Shown one piece after another: positions 50,516 to 64,000 of a stretch of DNA of 64,000 nt; position 1 is the stretch's first letter, and each line of letters starts with the position of its first letter. The stretch is from NCBI GenBank assembly GCA_951406725.2, contig OX597822.1:1922001-1986000 (forward strand), written 5' to 3'. The notes under the pieces are model-generated. The model worked only from the letters and a program-made list of their open reading frames with translations, had not been told where the DNA came from and did not search any database. Source of the DNA: Octopus vulgaris. Its lineage: Eukaryota. Made by a program: the position numbers and the translations under genes.

Positions 50516-51016
50516 TGTATGCATGTGTGTATGTATGTATATATGTATGTATGTACGTATTTACATGCATGTGTTTGAGTGTATTTATAAATAAACCTTC
50601 ATATTAGTCAGCATGCATGGTACGAGATTTTCATTTTGATATGTCCAAAGGCATTACCTGTGTAACAAGTGTATGTTGTCTGTTTAAATGTGTGTTTATG
50701 CGTGTATTTGTGCTTTCTTAGTGCGTATGTTTGTGTGTGTGTGTGTGTGTGGCCTATAGAAAGAAATAATTCTTACACATGAATCTCAATGATTGTGCCT
50801 CTACATATTTGTTTAATCTGCTAAAAATAACAGCCAAATTTCCTTTTAATCAGTCCATCCCTCTGATCAGACGGGAGCTCATATTATGTAATATAATCAT
50901 CGATTCCCTATGAGTAAGTAAAGGTTGGTTGTGTCAGCTTATTAACACATTTGATCACGCGTCTTCGTTATTATTATCTTATCTCTGACTCATGTTTACT
51001 TTGAAATATTAAGCAT

Positions 51017-51055
<39 letters not shown>

Positions 51056-51209
51056 CACACATGTGTATAATATGTTTATATCTATTGTTGTATTTTATAT
51101 AAACAATTAACCTGTCATTCCTTTGCTGTGTGTGACTCATGTGGAACACTCACTCTCTAAGTCGATATATTTATCGTTACTGGATTTTCTCGTTATTGGA
51201 TTTTCCGTG

Positions 51210-51720
51210 TAAATGTATGGCTCAAGTGCGGCCCCATATTAGAGATGTTTTTTACGCAATTAATCCTAAAAACACAGACAAACTTTCAGGACTGGTACGA
51301 AAGAAATCAAAAAGTGCTGTATTTGTCTGTTTGACAAAACCCAACTCAACCGCAAACTGCAACCACTAAACGACCGACGCGATCTTCTTCCTCCTGTCAT
51401 TTCCTTCCATTTTGATTTTTACTCACGAAGGATTTTACTGCTTTCCACAAGCTAACTGTCCACCTACGACATTTGCCACACGAAGCATGCAACTCTTTTA
51501 CACATTGTTTCTTTACCAGTTTTACTTCACACGAAGTTCATTTCAAGTTCGTTCAACTTTCGTTGCTGCAGTCTTATAACAATCTGAAATTCTGCCCCTT
51601 TTCACTCAAGGCATTAGACATTTCTTACTTCACCCAAAAACGCTACTCCTGTCGCCTCTCAAAATATTTCTTCGTCCCCATATCTCGAACTAAATACTTC
51701 ACCCAATTTACCTCTTAACA
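51210..51720 (+). mobile_element. Old CR1/L2/Jockey-like LINE 3' remnant
   Basis: AQVRPH..., QLNRKLQPLNDRRDL remnants typical of the post-RT region. Confidence 0.45.
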
Positions 51721-53490
51721 GTTATGCATTCTCCACTCAAGTTCCTTATAGGTGGGGATAGACCTGAATAATTTCAACGTAATCCTCAGTCTCATTATAT
51801 TTTGAGGAACACACTAATTACTCCATATGATTCTCCCTCTCTGAGTAAATAAATTTAAACAGATTATCGTCAGAGTCGCTTTATATTATTAGTTGTCTCG
51901 TTAGCTAACCACAGTTTAGCTGATCTTTTTGAGTGACATGTTCAATGCAGAACAGGCCTACGATTTTATATTGCACAAAGTAATTGGTAAATTTAAAATT
52001 ACACCCAATATAACTTTACCACATGGTTCTCCATTGCTTTTAGCATGCTTCACTCTTACTGCAAGCATTCGGATTACAACATAAGAATAATTTAATTTTC
52101 TGTTAACTCGAAATGTACAGGATTGGCATTAACCGCGCTAATTTCAATATGTGAGAGATTCTGGGAAAAAGAAGAAAAAAAAAACCTACACACTATCTTT
52201 CTTCCTTTGATTAACTTTATAAACAAAAACTATGGCAGAACTATCGGTTACCACTGCTGGATACTTACGAAGTTCGACTGCAGCACATGACCTGGAACAA
52301 GTAAAAGATGAAAAGAATAACTTCAAAACGTTTGAAAGACAAATAATTCAACAGTATCGATTTGGAGCGATATAATATAGCAGTAAGTTATACTACATCG
52401 TTTGAAGTCATTTCACATGCCAGCGGTTCATTTGACTTCTTACTTAAATGAAACACAGATTTGGTACTTCACATGCGCAAATCTGGTGACATGCATTGGT
52501 GGTTCAACTGATGACACATCACTTTTAAGACGAGGGAATCTAAAGGTCGTGTACCCGTAATTAGGTCGTCAGCTTGTTACGGACAGTTTATCACAAATTT
52601 CACTATTACTTTTCACCTGAGATGATTCGGTTCAACGCTAGTGGTCACTTTTTGAATTAATAATTTTTCTTTTTTAGAAACTATTTACGACGGCTTTGCA
52701 GGTTCGGTTCTTTGTTGAAACCATAATACGGCTATAAGGCTTTACCCTAACATTTGTAAAATGTGAAAAGTAATCATCCCATTACTCACTTCTCTTAAAT
52801 CATTTCTGTTTTTTTTTTTTTCATGACAAGTAGTAACAGACATTGGAATTTAAACAGAAAATTACCCATTAAAACGCAATACATAATGACCCTTTTGGTT
52901 GTCAATGACCTCTGAAGAATTCATCCTCATAAAGTAATTTCATAAGGGAAAAACTAGAGTAGTTTCTGTTGTCTCTCCTAGACATATACTTCTAAATAAA
53001 TTTCAAATAGAAAGTAATTATGAATTATCTACGAACGAAACAATTCCAATAGTTTCGTGAAATAGCCGTAGACCATCTTCAAAAGCAATTATGAACGAAT
53101 TATTAGCAATTTTGTTTCTGGTGGCTTTGCAGATCTTGATTTCTCAACATCATATAGACGTCTGGGCTTTTAATACACTTGATTAAATAACATAAATAGC
53201 TAGATTTACATAGACATTTATGATAGAAATTCGTTTGAACATACATCTCTATCGTTTTAGCTTCTACATTAACCCCATTTCTGATGCAATCGTTTCTTTT
53301 ACATTATTTTTACATATGGTCTATCGGATGCAGAGATACAATTCTTTGACACATTCTAACGACAAAGAATGGATATGAAATATGAATTAAGCAACGAAAC
53401 GAACACTCAATATATTTATTTAATGGTTTTGAAGCGATGGTATGAAATAAGTTCGCTTGGGTGTTGAATAAACGATATCTTTCTTCTTCA

Positions 53491-53532
<42 letters not shown>

Positions 53533-54716
53533 CTCTCTCGCTTCTCTTTTCAATTCTAAGCGACAACAGTTACATTATTCGAAAATTTAGTAAAGGACAT
53601 AAAATTATGTAGCTATAAAAATACCTTTTCCACCTATGACTCCCGTAGGAATGAGTTTAAAACTCACCTCCACCGCTACATTTTTTGGTATTCTCTCCCA
53701 CATTAATCTGTCTTTTTATCCTTTATCTATAAACCACTAGCGGAATCTCTTTCCCTCGCTCCATCTCCATATACATACATTCAAACACACACACACACAC
53801 ACACACACACAAATACACACACACACACATACACACACAGACAGACATGCCTGAGGAATGGGTCCATACATACATATATACACATACCTACATATATAAT
53901 TCACGTATATATTTGTGTATGAACGTCTGTATGTGTGTGTATATGTGCTCCAGCTTAGCCGCAGTCAAAATAACTGAAACGAATAGACGAATAAAAGAAT
54001 GTATGTATGTATGTATGTATGTATGTATGTATGTATATACACGCGTGGCTGTGTGATAAGAAGCTTGTTTCCCTACCACATGGTTGCGGATTCAGTCCCG
54101 TCCCACACTGCGTGACACTTTGGGCAAATCTCGGGCCGACCATAGCCTTGTGAGAGGATTTGGCGATTAGACGGAAACTGAAAGAAGCCCGTTTTGTATC
54201 TCTTCCTCCCCCTCCTCCTACTACTCCTACGGTTACTGCTCAAACATTCCATTCTACCTCTGCCAGTGACCACCCCCAATCACTCTTACTTCATCCCCAT
54301 CCCACCACCACACCTCCACTAACAAACTCAAGTACCATTGCTACTACTACTATCTCGCGTAGTGTACAAAATCAACCGCTGCACCTTTCCCCCTCCCTAT
54401 TCCCCACTACCCTATTGCCATTAAAGTGAAACAATTCTAAATCTCAAACTATTCACAATCCACCCCCTCTACAACAGTCACGAGTTCAAATCGCAATCCC
54501 CAAATATACCGTCCACTCCCTACGCGAAAGGCTGTGTACAAACCGTGACTGTAATTTCACTCATCTTCGAGGAACAAGTCAAACTTTCCATTCTACCTCT
54601 GCCACTTTTGGTGGAAAAAGTAAAGGGATACGAATCTACTATGAAGATATGCACGGTGACACACTGACTCTCTCTCTTTCTCTCTCTCGCTCTCCCTCTC
54701 TCTCTCTCGCTCTCTT

Positions 54717-54826
<110 letters not shown>

Positions 54827-54849
54827 ATGTATGTATATATGTATATATA

Positions 54850-55100
54850 ATAGGTTGTCAAGAAAGTTCTTGCGGTTTTTACCCTTTAAATTCAGGTGAT
54901 CATATCTCGGCTAAAAAAACAACTTTATTAAACGAAATAAAAACTATCAGAATCAACACACTTTTGCCAACGCAAAACAAGTTTATTTATGCCAGTAGCA
55001 TAAAAATCCTGCGTTCTGCTGGCGATGAAGTCGTTGAAGGTGTGTTTGGCATCGTCTTAGTTTTTGAAGTAATTCTCACGCAGGAAGTTGTCGAGATGCT
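54850..55100 (-). mobile_element. Mariner-like 3' end fragment
   Basis: TA-ataggttgtcaagaaagttcttgcgg TIR-like end; minus strand reads FYATGINKLVLRWQKCVDSDS, like a mariner C-terminus. Confidence 0.7.
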
Positions 55101-55254
55101 TGAAAAAGTGGTAGTTGGTATGTATGTATGCACGTATGTATGTATGTATGTAATGTATGTATGTATGTATGTATGCATGTATGTATGTACTGTATGTATA
55201 TATTTCTCTGTGTATGTGTGCATGTGTGTGCTTGAGCGTGTATATGTGTGAGTG

Positions 55255-55460
55255 TGTTTGTCTCACACCATCATCTCAAAACCGATGGTGGTGTGTTTAC
55301 GTCCCCGTAACTTAGCGGTTCGGGAAAAGAGGCAATAAAATAGGTACAAGACTTACAAAAGATAAATCCTGGAGTCGATTTCTTTGACTGCAACCCTTTA
55401 AGGCGGTCCTCCAGCATGGCCTCAGTCAAAAGACTGACACAAGTAAAAGAGTAAAAGACT
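55255..55460 (+). mobile_element. SINE family A, 3' half
   Basis: gtgtgtttacgtccccgtaacttagcggttcgg...ccagcatggcctcagtcaaa. Confidence 0.85.
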
Positions 55461-55559
55461 CAAAGAATATAGAAGGTGAATAATATGTCGTCTAAATTAC
55501 GCAAAAATGAAAATAACACTGACATCTCATTTTGACAGACATATTTACCAAAATTATAT

Positions 55560-56110
55560 AATGATATCGTGAAATACTAAACAATAAATTTCTTCAATAA
55601 AATCACCATTCGCTTCAACCACGGCCTCCAGACGACTTTGGGATCTCCTGCAACTCTTCTGGACGGTCTCCTTGTTTATGTTGGTGAATGCTGCCATAAT
55701 CCTTGCCTTCAGTTCATCTTTGGTGTTAAAAGGAGTTTTGTTGGTTTCTCACTCAACTGTGCCCCAAACCTAATAATCAATGGGGTTGCAATCTGGGGAG
55801 TTAGGTGACCAGATGTTAGTGGTGACATATCGCAGAAATTGTCTGACAGCCATGACTGGGTTCTCCTGCTTCTGTGGCATGGTGCAGAGTCCTGTTGCCA
55901 GACATGGGGTCCAGAAGCCACCTTCTTCACTCAAGGCAGCACTACACCCCCAGGCACTTGATGTTGGCTTCCGTGTCGAGGCTGAGGTTGTGTGGGAAGG
56001 TGAATGGAGGCATAACGTCACCATCACTAGTGATCGCTCCAAACGCCATGATGTTGACTGGATTTTTGATTTTCACCACTCTCGATACGTGTCCTCAGAT
56101 TGTACTGCAC
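55560..56110 (-). mobile_element. Tc1/mariner-superfamily transposase remnant
   Basis: WQQDSAPCHRSRRTQSWL and WSPNSPDCNPIDY*VWG in adjacent frames. Confidence 0.8.
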
Positions 56111-56165
56111 TCACTCTGAAATGTATGCCAAGCAGTATAGCAGGTCGTTACCAAAGTGAATTGCG

Positions 56166-56232
<67 letters not shown>

Positions 56233-56247
56233 TAGATATATATAGAT

Positions 56248-56302
<55 letters not shown>

Positions 56303-56508
56303 CACGAGAGAGAGAGAGAGAGAGAGAGAGTGAGTGAGAGTCAGTTTGTTCGCATAGTAGATTAGTATCCCTTTACTTTTTCCTAAAGTCAATCAATCAA
56401 TCAGTCAAGTAAAGCATTAATCAATCTTTCTACACATTTGCCTGTATTTTATTTGTTTGTGTATGTGTTTGTGTGTGTGTGTTTGTGTGTGTATGTGTGT
56501 GTGTGTTT

Positions 56509-56552
<44 letters not shown>

Positions 56553-57583
56553 AAGTTTCTACATATCTAGTAACTACGATAGTGATTGCTTGATAAGTTT
56601 TCAGTTTTAAGTGGATTTCCGCATCCGGTATTGGAAATATTTCGGGAAGCTCTATTTAGTTTTATTGGTTTCATTCTCGATATTCAAAGTAGTTTTGTAT
56701 ATGATACCTAATGTTTGGAAATTTTAACATGTTGGTAACAAAATATTTGCATCATGTCGGAAATAATACTACTGCTATACAGATACTATACCTACACAAA
56801 CCCGCGCTCACACTCACATACGCGCATGAACACACGCACATACACTCACATATACACATATTCAAAGCCTGTCAAAATATAGCTACCGTGCAATTGCTGA
56901 TGATTCCCTCGCCAACTCATTTCGAGGTCCAACCTACACACACGCTCTCTCATCAAATGTCACTTTATGAGTGGTCATTGTTAATCTGAGCAAGCTAGTT
57001 GTATCCCCTCATTACCAAATTCTCTATAAACCTGACCTTCCTTGTGACTCACTTCCTAAACCGCTTTATGCGTCCCTCAATCAACAGTCAATGTGCCTTA
57101 TATCCCCAACTGAGTTCATCCAGTCCTCTACTTAATCTTGCCCTCATATGACTCACCTCACTATCTACTCTCCCACACACCTTTGTCAACCAGGCCTGGC
57201 TGCTCACCTATTAACATGACATTCTTTATATCTCACTTCCTGATCTGGTCCATCTGTCAAACTTTCCTTCAGTGTGCCTCACCTTCGAGCTCTGGCGATC
57301 CATTTTTATATATCACACTACTCCACCAATCACACCATGTATGAATCCAGTTGTTCGTTACCATAAGCAGTGGCCCTCTCAAATTCCTTTCTCACCCACG
57401 TTTTACCAGCTATAATTTCCCCGGCAGATTTTCAAACTAATAAAATATGTCGCATCAATAATACTAATTTGGCGGGAAAATACCCCAAAAGTTTTCCATT
57501 CCCCCCACACACACAAACACAGACACACACACACACACATACACGCACACGCACGCACGCACACGTACACATACACATACATA

Positions 57584-57800
57584 TCTATTATATAAAATCC
57601 GTTCTGTCTGTGTGTGTGTCTTCTAGGCATCCTCCATCCGATTTCACTCAAATTTTTTATGTAGATACCGATGGTATCAGGGCGTGTATAAGTCTTGAAA
57701 TAATTACAAAAATCGATTCCAGGTGAGAACGCGATCTATAAAGCCGTGGAAACGTGCAATTGTACGCGCAAGTACATCAGTCGAAATCCGTCATTTACAC
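57584..57800 (+). mobile_element. Possible non-autonomous Helitron 5' end
   Basis: a-TCtattatataaaatccgttctgtctgtgtg...ccgatttcactcaaattttt resembles invertebrate Helitron heads; no 3' hairpin or CTAG located. Confidence 0.4.
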
Positions 57801-58237
57801 TCTGCACAAAAACAGTATCGCTAAATTAATTCTATAAGTAAACCTATAACTGACACCTACATTATCTAACTAAATAGCAACATATCCCTTGAGTTCCATG
57901 CAGATAATATTCCCACCAGTCTTCCATAGTTAAGTGAAAGCTTTTATATTCTGTTCTTTCCAAAAAACAAACTCGACTGAACTTAACTAATAATACAACT
58001 GATTGAATTACGCTATTTCATAACCCAAAAAGTTAATAATTAAAACGCTCCGCACGTATTAAATATTCCTTACATGCTTTAATGTCAAACTTATAGCAGT
58101 AAATTAATAGATAATATTAAATATCATTATTAAATCAGAAGCTAATAAAAGAATACCTGTAATTAACACACACACGCACACACGCAAACACGCACACATA
58201 TACTCACACGCACACACACATATACATATTTATATAG

Positions 58238-58435
58238 TGCGAAATGCTTAGCGGTATTTCGTCTGTCGCTACGTTCTGAGTTCAAATTCCGCCGAGGTCG
58301 ACTTTGCTTTTCATCCTCTCGGGGTCGATAAATTAAGTACCAGTTTCGCACTGGGGTCGATGTAATCGACTTAATCCCTTTGTCTGTCCTTGTTTGTCCC
58401 CTCTATGCTTAACCCCTTGAGGGCAGTAAAGAAAT
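58238..58435 (+). mobile_element. SINE family B, 5'-truncated
   Basis: gcgaaatgcttagcggtatttcg...ggggtcgataaattaagtaccag. Confidence 0.9.
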
Positions 58436-59071
58436 ATATATATATTTATATAAGCCTTTATTCACAAAAAAGTCATTTTTTTCGTAAGGATGTTTTCTTT
58501 TGTAGGAATATGTTATCGAAACGGGCTCCAGTTTTGCGCTATTATCCATTGATGATACTGGATATTATTCGCGCCCTTATGTACTAATGTCCTTGGTTAG
58601 TTTGTTTTACCATTTTAGTATGATACTTTTCACTTCCGAAAGTGCAGTTGTCTCCATAGAGACTTGATTCTTTTCGATATAGGAGAAAAACATTAATAGT
58701 TTAAAGGAAATACAGAATATAGACAGAATAATGATTCGTTAATCGTAGTGCAGTCAATTATTAAGTTCTTAAAAATAAAACAACATCCAACTCACAGTTA
58801 ATCAAAAAGCTTACCATTTGGTCGGAATAAACTCTTCATTCGAGAGAAGTGGAAAAACTATATACCCAGAAAAACTATATACCCAGCCAATATACCCTGA
58901 AGCGGCCATTGTTTTATAACATCATAGTGCACTTTAAAGTTGCAAATATGAACAATAACAATTGGCCGAAACGTAACATAGGAGAAAAAAAATGTAAGAG
59001 CTTATTAATTAACTGCACTGTGATTAAAAAATGATTATTCTATGCATATTCTCCGTTTTCTACAAACTATT

Positions 59072-59159
<88 letters not shown>

Positions 59160-59191
59160 ATGTATGTATGTATGTATGTTTGTATATACAC

Positions 59192-59352
59192 AGGTGTGGT
59201 TCTGTGATAAGAAGCTTGCTTCCCATCCACGTGGATCCGGGATGAGTCCAACTGCGGGGCACCTTGGACAATTTCCTTCTACTATAGCCTCGAGTCGACC
59301 AAAGCCTTGTGAATGGATTTGCTAAACGGAAGCTGAAAGAAGCTCATCGTAC
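59192..59352 (+). mobile_element. SINE family A, 5' half
   Basis: Diverged head through gaagctcatcgta; its internal (TA)n hosts the H7 palindrome. Confidence 0.75.
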
Positions 59353-59353
59353 A

Positions 59354-59412
<59 letters not shown>

Positions 59413-59697
59413 ATAATGAAGGGTGAAATTAATTAATTTGGAATAATGATCAATTACACCAAGTAGCCTTCGGCATGTAAAAGCCCCATTCGAGGAAAAT
59501 TTAAGTAATACTAAGCAATAAAGGGTTTAGCAATGAATTGCCTTACCACAGACCGAATTTAGAAATAGCAGTCAAAGAGTTATAGCTATTTCTTCTACTA
59601 AAAGGGAGATCTCAGTAAAAACACAGCAATTGGAAGGCAGACACAAACAGGTAAGAGAGAATGAATTGACGGCAATCTATCATACAATTTTAAGTTA

Positions 59698-59797
59698 TCT
59701 ACGGACGCACGTTTCGAAATCAAGTTTTTAGGAAAGCATAAGAATTAAATATTAAATAATTCTACCTTACCCAAACTTCTTTTCTCTTCAGCGTAGA
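59698..59797 (-). ncRNA. Type I hammerhead ribozyme (H7, mirror copy)
   Basis: Reverse complement of 59808-59907. Confidence 0.8.
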
Positions 59798-59807
59798 ATA
59801 CTAGTAT

Positions 59808-59907
59808 TCTACGCTGAAGAGAAAAGAAGTTTGGGTAAGGTAGAATTATTTAATATTTAATTCTTATGCTTTCCTAAAAACTTGATTTCGAAACGTGCGT
59901 CCGTAGA
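59808..59907 (+). ncRNA. Type I hammerhead ribozyme with extended stem II (H7)
   Basis: Stem I tctacg/cgtaga; CTGAAGA 59814-20; 69-nt stem II (gaaa/tttc, aagttt/aaactt, gaatta/taattc); GAAAC-gtgc-GTC 59890-59901. Confidence 0.82.
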
Positions 59908-60097
59908 TAACTTAAAATTGTATGATAGATTGCCGTCAATTCATTCTCTCTTACCTGTTTGTGTCTGCCTTCCAATTGCTGTGTTTTTACTGAGATCTCC
60001 TTTTTAGTAGAAGAAATAGCTATAACTCTTTGACTGCTATTTCTAAATTCGGTCTGTGGTAAGGCAATTCGTTGCTAAACCCTTTATTGCTTAGTAT

Positions 60098-60147
<50 letters not shown>

Positions 60148-60163
60148 CATATATAAATATATA

Positions 60164-60203
<40 letters not shown>

Positions 60204-60349
60204 CACACATATATATATATACATACATATACATATATATATGTATGTATGTGTATATATATATATACATACATATACATATATGTATGTATGTATGTAT
60301 ATATATACATACATATACATATATGTATGTATGTATGTATATATATATA

Positions 60350-60970
60350 TTATTGAACGCCCCGCATCAATTTCCAAGTAAGGTTATCTTCATCTTTTTC
60401 ATCCCACTCTCTTCTCTATACTGTTCCGTTCTTCCGTCCTTCTCTAATCCCCTTTTTATCCTCCTCCCTCTTTCACTGATTTATTTCTCTTTCTCCCCTC
60501 TTCGTTTTTCTCTTTCTTTTGCTAACACGTGACCATTGTCCATCTTTGTTTTTCTCCGTTCACCCGCTTTTCCTGCACAGACGTTTAAAAGAACGGACGC
60601 TTTTTTTTTCTCTATCTTTTCTGTCTATTCTCATTTGAAAAAAATGTTTCTCCCAGAGTTCACTATTTTTTGCTCGTTCTGGTCTAACGACCCTCCGGCT
60701 TTGCTTTCGTCCGGTTTCCTTGTATGTCTCCACTGTCATCTTTTTTGTTCCCAGCTTTGACCTTCAATAAATCCTAAATTTTATTTTAGAATTTATGGGA
60801 GCAGCTGTCTTTGAAGACTCATATTGTTGTTGAATACTCGAAATGGGGAGTAGATAGACAGCCGACAACTGATGAAGGGTCCTTTCTCTGTGTTTACTTG
60901 TTCTGCTTTCCATTTTCCCCCATTCTTTACGCATTTCATGTTATTTGCTCCGTTGGTGTCGTCATGTACC
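60350..60970 (+). mobile_element. Repeat family X copy
   Basis: Homologous to 670-1120; flanked by TA-rich microsatellites. Confidence 0.65.
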
Positions 60971-61106
60971 CATATATGCATGTATATATATATATTATTT
61001 ATTATATAAACATATATAGTATACATATATGCATATATACATACATAGGGTGTATATATATATATATACACATACATATATATGTATATGTATATACATA
61101 TACATA

Positions 61107-61182
<76 letters not shown>

Positions 61183-61605
61183 GCTATATATGTATATCCG
61201 TGCAACATCTCTATTCCTTTCCATACCTGTCATCTCTTATGTCCCTGCCATAAGGTTTCAGTTCTACACACGCCATCTTAATTTAATTCCTCCTTAGTCG
61301 AAAGTCACCTGTTGTTAATGTCCTGTCGTTTACATTTGTGTTTGTATAACATTTCTCCGTTTTTTTCTTCTTCCTTTCTTCCAAGAAATGTAGTGTTCTT
61401 AGCTTAGATTTTCCTTGGGGCTAGTCAGATTGGAGCAGTCTAGTGTATAACCAGCCGAAACTGCAAAAATAATCTGGAACTCGACTGACGAAAGAAAACA
61501 CCGAATGACACGTCCTTGTTTTTTCACGTCCCTTTTTGAATCATCCTACTCTCTGGATGTTTTGTTATTGCCTGCCGCGTTCTTGACCCATTTTTTGTAT
61601 TCTTT

Positions 61606-61637
<32 letters not shown>

Positions 61638-61639
61638 GC

Positions 61640-61817
61640 CTTTTATTCTATAATTCCTTTGACTCAGTCATTTGACTACGGCCCTGATGGACCGCCGCTT
61701 TCTGGAGAACATAAGCCTCGTACTTATCCTATCGGTCACTTTTGTCGAACTGATAGGTTACCGGGATGTAAACACACCGACCTCGGTTCTCAAGCGATGG
61801 TGGTCACACACACACAA

Positions 61818-61867
<50 letters not shown>

Positions 61868-62034
61868 TCTCTTTTACTCTCATTTACTTGTTTCAGTCAT
61901 TTGACCGTGGTCATGCTGGAGCACCGCCTTTAGTCGAGCAAATCTCTTTTGCCGAACCGCTAAGTTACGGGGACGTAAATACACCAGCATCGGTTGTCGA
62001 GCGATGTTGGGAGCGGACAAACACAGACACACAA

Positions 62035-62086
<52 letters not shown>

Positions 62087-62250
62087 TTACATATACATAT
62101 ATACGACGGGCTTCTTTCAGTTTCCGTCTCCCGAATCCACTCACAAGGCTTTGGTTGGCCCCAGGCTATAGTAGAAGACACTTGCCCAAGATGCCACGCA
62201 GTGGGACTGAATCCAGAACCATGTAGTTGGTAAGCAAGCCACTTACGACA
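61640..62250 (-). mobile_element. Two tandem or nested SINE A copies (61640-61810 partial, 61866-62250 near full)
   Basis: Reverse complement of the consensus. Confidence 0.85.
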
Positions 62251-63060
62251 CAGAGAGAGAAAGAATGGAGAGAGAGGGGGAGGAAGGGAGGAGAGAGAGA
62301 TGAACGTGGATATCATATGTGTATGCATATGTGTCATCACTCGCATGTAATTTTTAGTGTGTGTTTGCATAATGTGTCTGCATTTGTTTGTGCATCTGTG
62401 TATATTTATCATTTCCATGATATCATTAATCGATATTTGACACAATTTGTGAGTTATTGTTTTTCAATCCACTGTCATGTGTCAGTCTATTTTATTTTCC
62501 TCGTAACGTTATATTTTCAACACCTCCGTTACAGATATAAATAACTTCAAATTGTATTTTTTGTAATCGTTATTATATATTGTATAAATTTACTGAACAA
62601 CCCAGAAAAGTTTAATTTGTCTTAAATACGTTGTGTGTTGTATTTTTAAAAACCATTTATGCTGAACGTTTTACTGACGAATATCCAGTAGCTTCTTTGT
62701 CAAAATATATCCAAAATTATCTTTTCTCTTTTTAGTGCCACAGAGGCATTGAATGTAACACAGAAGCGCACACAGGGTGGGAGTGGGGTTCTGAAAGGCA
62801 TTGTCCCCTTCAAGAAAAGAAGTAGGCCCTTCTAAATGTTATTACGCCCTTTTTCCTGGAATTGTATTTCCTTCAGACCTTGTACCTTCCCTTCAAACAT
62901 TCCTGGCACGGCGCCTGTAACATTTGCAGTTTACCAAGATAGTAGGGTGTGCTTTGAGGGATTCAGGGCTGCAATATCTTGTAGGTCGAAAGGATTTACA
63001 AAGATTTTCATCACTGAATCTTCTATAACTCAAAATTTTGTTTACAAATTAGTCTTCATA

Positions 63061-63432
63061 GGCTCAGGAGTGGCTGTGTGGTAAGTAGCTTGCTTACCAA
63101 CAACATAGTTCCGGGTTCAGTCCCATTGCGTTGCACCTTGGTCAAGCGTCTTCTAATATAGCCTCAGCCCAACCAAAGCCTTATATATGTGTGTATGTGT
63201 GTATATATGTGCGTGTGTACGTGTGTGTGTGTCTATGTTCTTCCACCACCGTCGCTTTGCAACCGATGCTGGTGTATTTACGTCCTCGTTACTTAGCTGT
63301 TCGGCAAAAGAGACTGCTAGAATAAGTACTAGGCTTACAAAGAATAAGCCCTGTGCTCGATTTGTTCGACTAAAGTCGGTGTTCCAGCATGGCCGCAGTC
63401 AAATGACTGAAACAAATTAATGAATAAAAGAA
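63061..63432 (+). mobile_element. SINE family A with internal deletion
   Basis: ggctcaggagtggctgtgtgg...ccagcatggccgcagtcaaatgactgaaac. Confidence 0.9.
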
Positions 63433-63875
63433 TATGGTTACATATCCTGTAGCGTTTCTGTTTTCAAATCCCCCAACTTCGACGTATTTCTAATTTAGTC
63501 TTTGCTGATGTATTTAAACAACTTAGTTTCCCTGTAGTCATTGCTAGATATTTTCTATAAAAAGACTTTTAGTAAGAAAATGAATAAATATATGAATTTT
63601 TGCCGTGGAAAATATATATTTACTGTTGCCCTTTGTGTGGTGGATTCTAAATATAATCATTATTTTCCCCAAGTAAACGCGATCTTTATAATCACATCAG
63701 TTGATTTTAAAACTTATAATCTTTCAGATCCACTTAGCTTTTAGTTATGGATATTTTAAATGTATATTAGTTGCAGAATATTTCAAATATTAAAAGAAAT
63801 TATCATATTTTAAGCACGTATTTAAAGATTAACCATTAATATTATAGGGAGATTCCCCCCCCCCCAAAAAAAAAA

Positions 63876-64000
63876 AAAGACGAAGATAGGTGGTGAAGAC
63901 AACAAACAGATGTATTATTATAATGCTCGGGAGGTGAAAAGGTCTTTAACGTTTCGAGCCTACACTCTTCCACGGACAGGAACACAGAAAGAAACAAGGA
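63876..64000 (-). mobile_element. Family H1 copy with HHR motif at 63943-63980; runs off the window
   Basis: Minus strand CCGTGGA-A-GAGT-GTAG-GCTC-GAAAC-GTT-aaagac plus the shared tail. Confidence 0.7.

Larger units (their letters stand above)
59410..60101. mobile_element. H7 element: 598-bp spacerless palindrome (59504-60101) plus a ~95-bp one-sided tail
   Basis: Axis between 59802 and 59803 (gaatactagtattc); only two mismatched pairs seen (59534/60071 and 59604/60001); (TA)n on both sides. Confidence 0.9.

Noticed and set aside
51755-51795. Minus-strand CTGAGGA-ttacgtt-GAAA
   Set aside because: No stem II pairing; likely chance

Overview
AT-rich, microsatellite-saturated animal DNA, most likely intronic or intergenic. 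The SINE, mariner and LINE repertoire looks like an octopus-type (coleoid cephalopod) genome; this is inference from repeat style. No host protein-coding exon can be supported, and almost all listed ORFs are microsatellite artefacts. Real coding remnants belong to transposons: a Tx1/L1-type ORF1 with a CCHC knuckle, an R4/Dong-type RT, RTE and CR1-like fragments, and mariner/Tc1 transposases. The most striking feature is about 16 hammerhead-ribozyme (HHR) motifs from roughly 9 unrelated short repeat families. Many sit in head-to-head inverted duplications with one arm carrying an extra 3' tail, often inserted into (TA)n and twice with ~12-bp target duplications, as expected for Penelope-like (PLE) retroelements or retrozymes. 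Highlights are a tRNA-promoter SINE ending in a hammerhead (12.3-12.7 kb), a 598-bp near-perfect palindrome with two back-to-back complete HHRs (59.5-60.1 kb), a family with a CUGUNGA core variant, and a family with a 105-nt stem II insertion. All structures were read by eye. Repeat boundaries are approximate unless TIR or TSD positions are given.
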